Shown one piece after another: positions 62,936 to 64,000 of a DNA stretch of 64,000 nucleotides. The notes beneath the pieces were generated by a model, which searched no databases, was not told where the DNA came from, and saw nothing but the letters and a program-made list of their open reading frames with translations. The DNA lies in NCBI GenBank assembly GCA_002633005.1, contig NMRA01000159.1, positions 472,547 to 536,546 on the forward strand, in the 5' to 3' direction. Source of the DNA: Phoronis australis. Lineage: Eukaryota; Animalia; Phoronida. Both the position numbers and the translations under genes were made by a program. Position 1 is the stretch's first letter; each line of letters begins with the position of its first letter.

Positions 62936-64000
62936 GGGCATCGCTTTTCTATTAAGTAGTTTTTGCCCTTTTCATGGTCCCATTGCGCTCAGTGTCTGAA
63001 GTCCTGCGTCTGCAAATTGTTGTAGTATAGGTTACAGCAGACGGCCACATTACAAGTATGCAGCGGTTGTATTTACACGGTACGCTTCCCGGCAGTGATA
63101 AGCCGTCTGCTGTCTGTGCGTGCAATTCACTACTTGCACAATTTGGTGACGCTGCAAAAATGATTGTTGTGCATTGTTGTTCAGGACTCATTGCCTCGTG
63201 TTTGCATTGAATTTAACAACGCAAACGTGAAAGTGCGCGTGTTCCAAATTTGCAGAACCACTGTAGTTTGGACCCAACGCCTCGTTTTCAAGCAAGATGG
63301 CGATTTCGTGCAAGTAGTGAATGTGTCTGAGCTTTTGGTTATTTCAACTCAATGTCAATTTATTTATAGTCGGTTTGAGTAAAGCAAGAAAAAAACATTA
63401 GCCACTGGCTAGTATACCGGCAAATGTTATAAAATAAATAAATATGAAATTAAAGTAAATATTTAAAATATTGTATACAAGATTAACAAGATTGAACTAT
63501 TAGCACGAAAGGAGAGATTGCGATCGATTCAAGAAATCACAGGCTCAGCGCTTGCAGGGAGGCTCAGTCCATGTGTTTCCATATTGCACAAATGTATTTA
63601 AATGTAGGCTCGATTTCGCCTCCTCTGACAGAGAATTCCATATAGAACCATAGCCTCTGAAAGATGGCAGACCATAACGAGTGGTTCTGCACTGGGGAAT
63701 GTTTGTCCTGTTGGATAATCTCAAGTTATATGGGGTTCTGCGAATTGTGAGAAGGTCCCACAGACATGGGGATACAAGTGGTTCAAAATTTTGGAAGCTT
63801 CTTTTAGAATCATTCTCTGTCTACCAAGCTCAAGAGTAGGCAGATTAGATCTCTGTAATAGTGTTTCATATGAGCAAGAAAAATCACCCAATACAAATCA
63901 CAGGGTTCTATTTACACCTCATTCACTCTCATGTCTATTGGCTTGGCCATAAAAAATGCCAGATTAAAGCACAGTAGAGAAACTGGTATAAAATAAAACA

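Overview
Eukaryotic genomic DNA from an invertebrate animal (AT-rich, GT-AG introns, dense with transposon remnants; the repeat types look lophotrochozoan, but the species cannot be identified). I see no prokaryotic operons, CRISPR arrays or rRNA genes. Two convergent spliced genes could be reconstructed with consistent exon phases. (1) A SCYL3/PACE1-like pseudokinase on +, with 11 coding exons from 2114 to 19457; the N-terminal exon(s) were not found and probably lie upstream of the window. (2) A complete 6-exon secreted, possibly GPI-anchored alpha-carbonic anhydrase on -, ATG 59968 to stop 45518, 297 aa, with the three Zn-binding His residues intact. Introns and the ~26 kb intergenic region hold non-autonomous mobile DNA: Helentron-associated (HINE/DINE-1-like) elements, pogo-, Harbinger- and Kolobok-type MITEs, a Transib-like element nested in an Academ-like relic, Gypsy-type LTR remnants, and CR1/L2, RTE and RTE-X LINE 3' ends. 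The most unusual observations are HINE core repeats carrying a CTCF-like motif about every 145-160 bp, a second family carrying YY1-like motifs at similar spacing, and two minisatellites in SCYL3 that copy exon 3' ends (a splice donor and the stop-codon region). Nothing here can be confidently called a wholly new biological system. Most listed ORFs are spurious.
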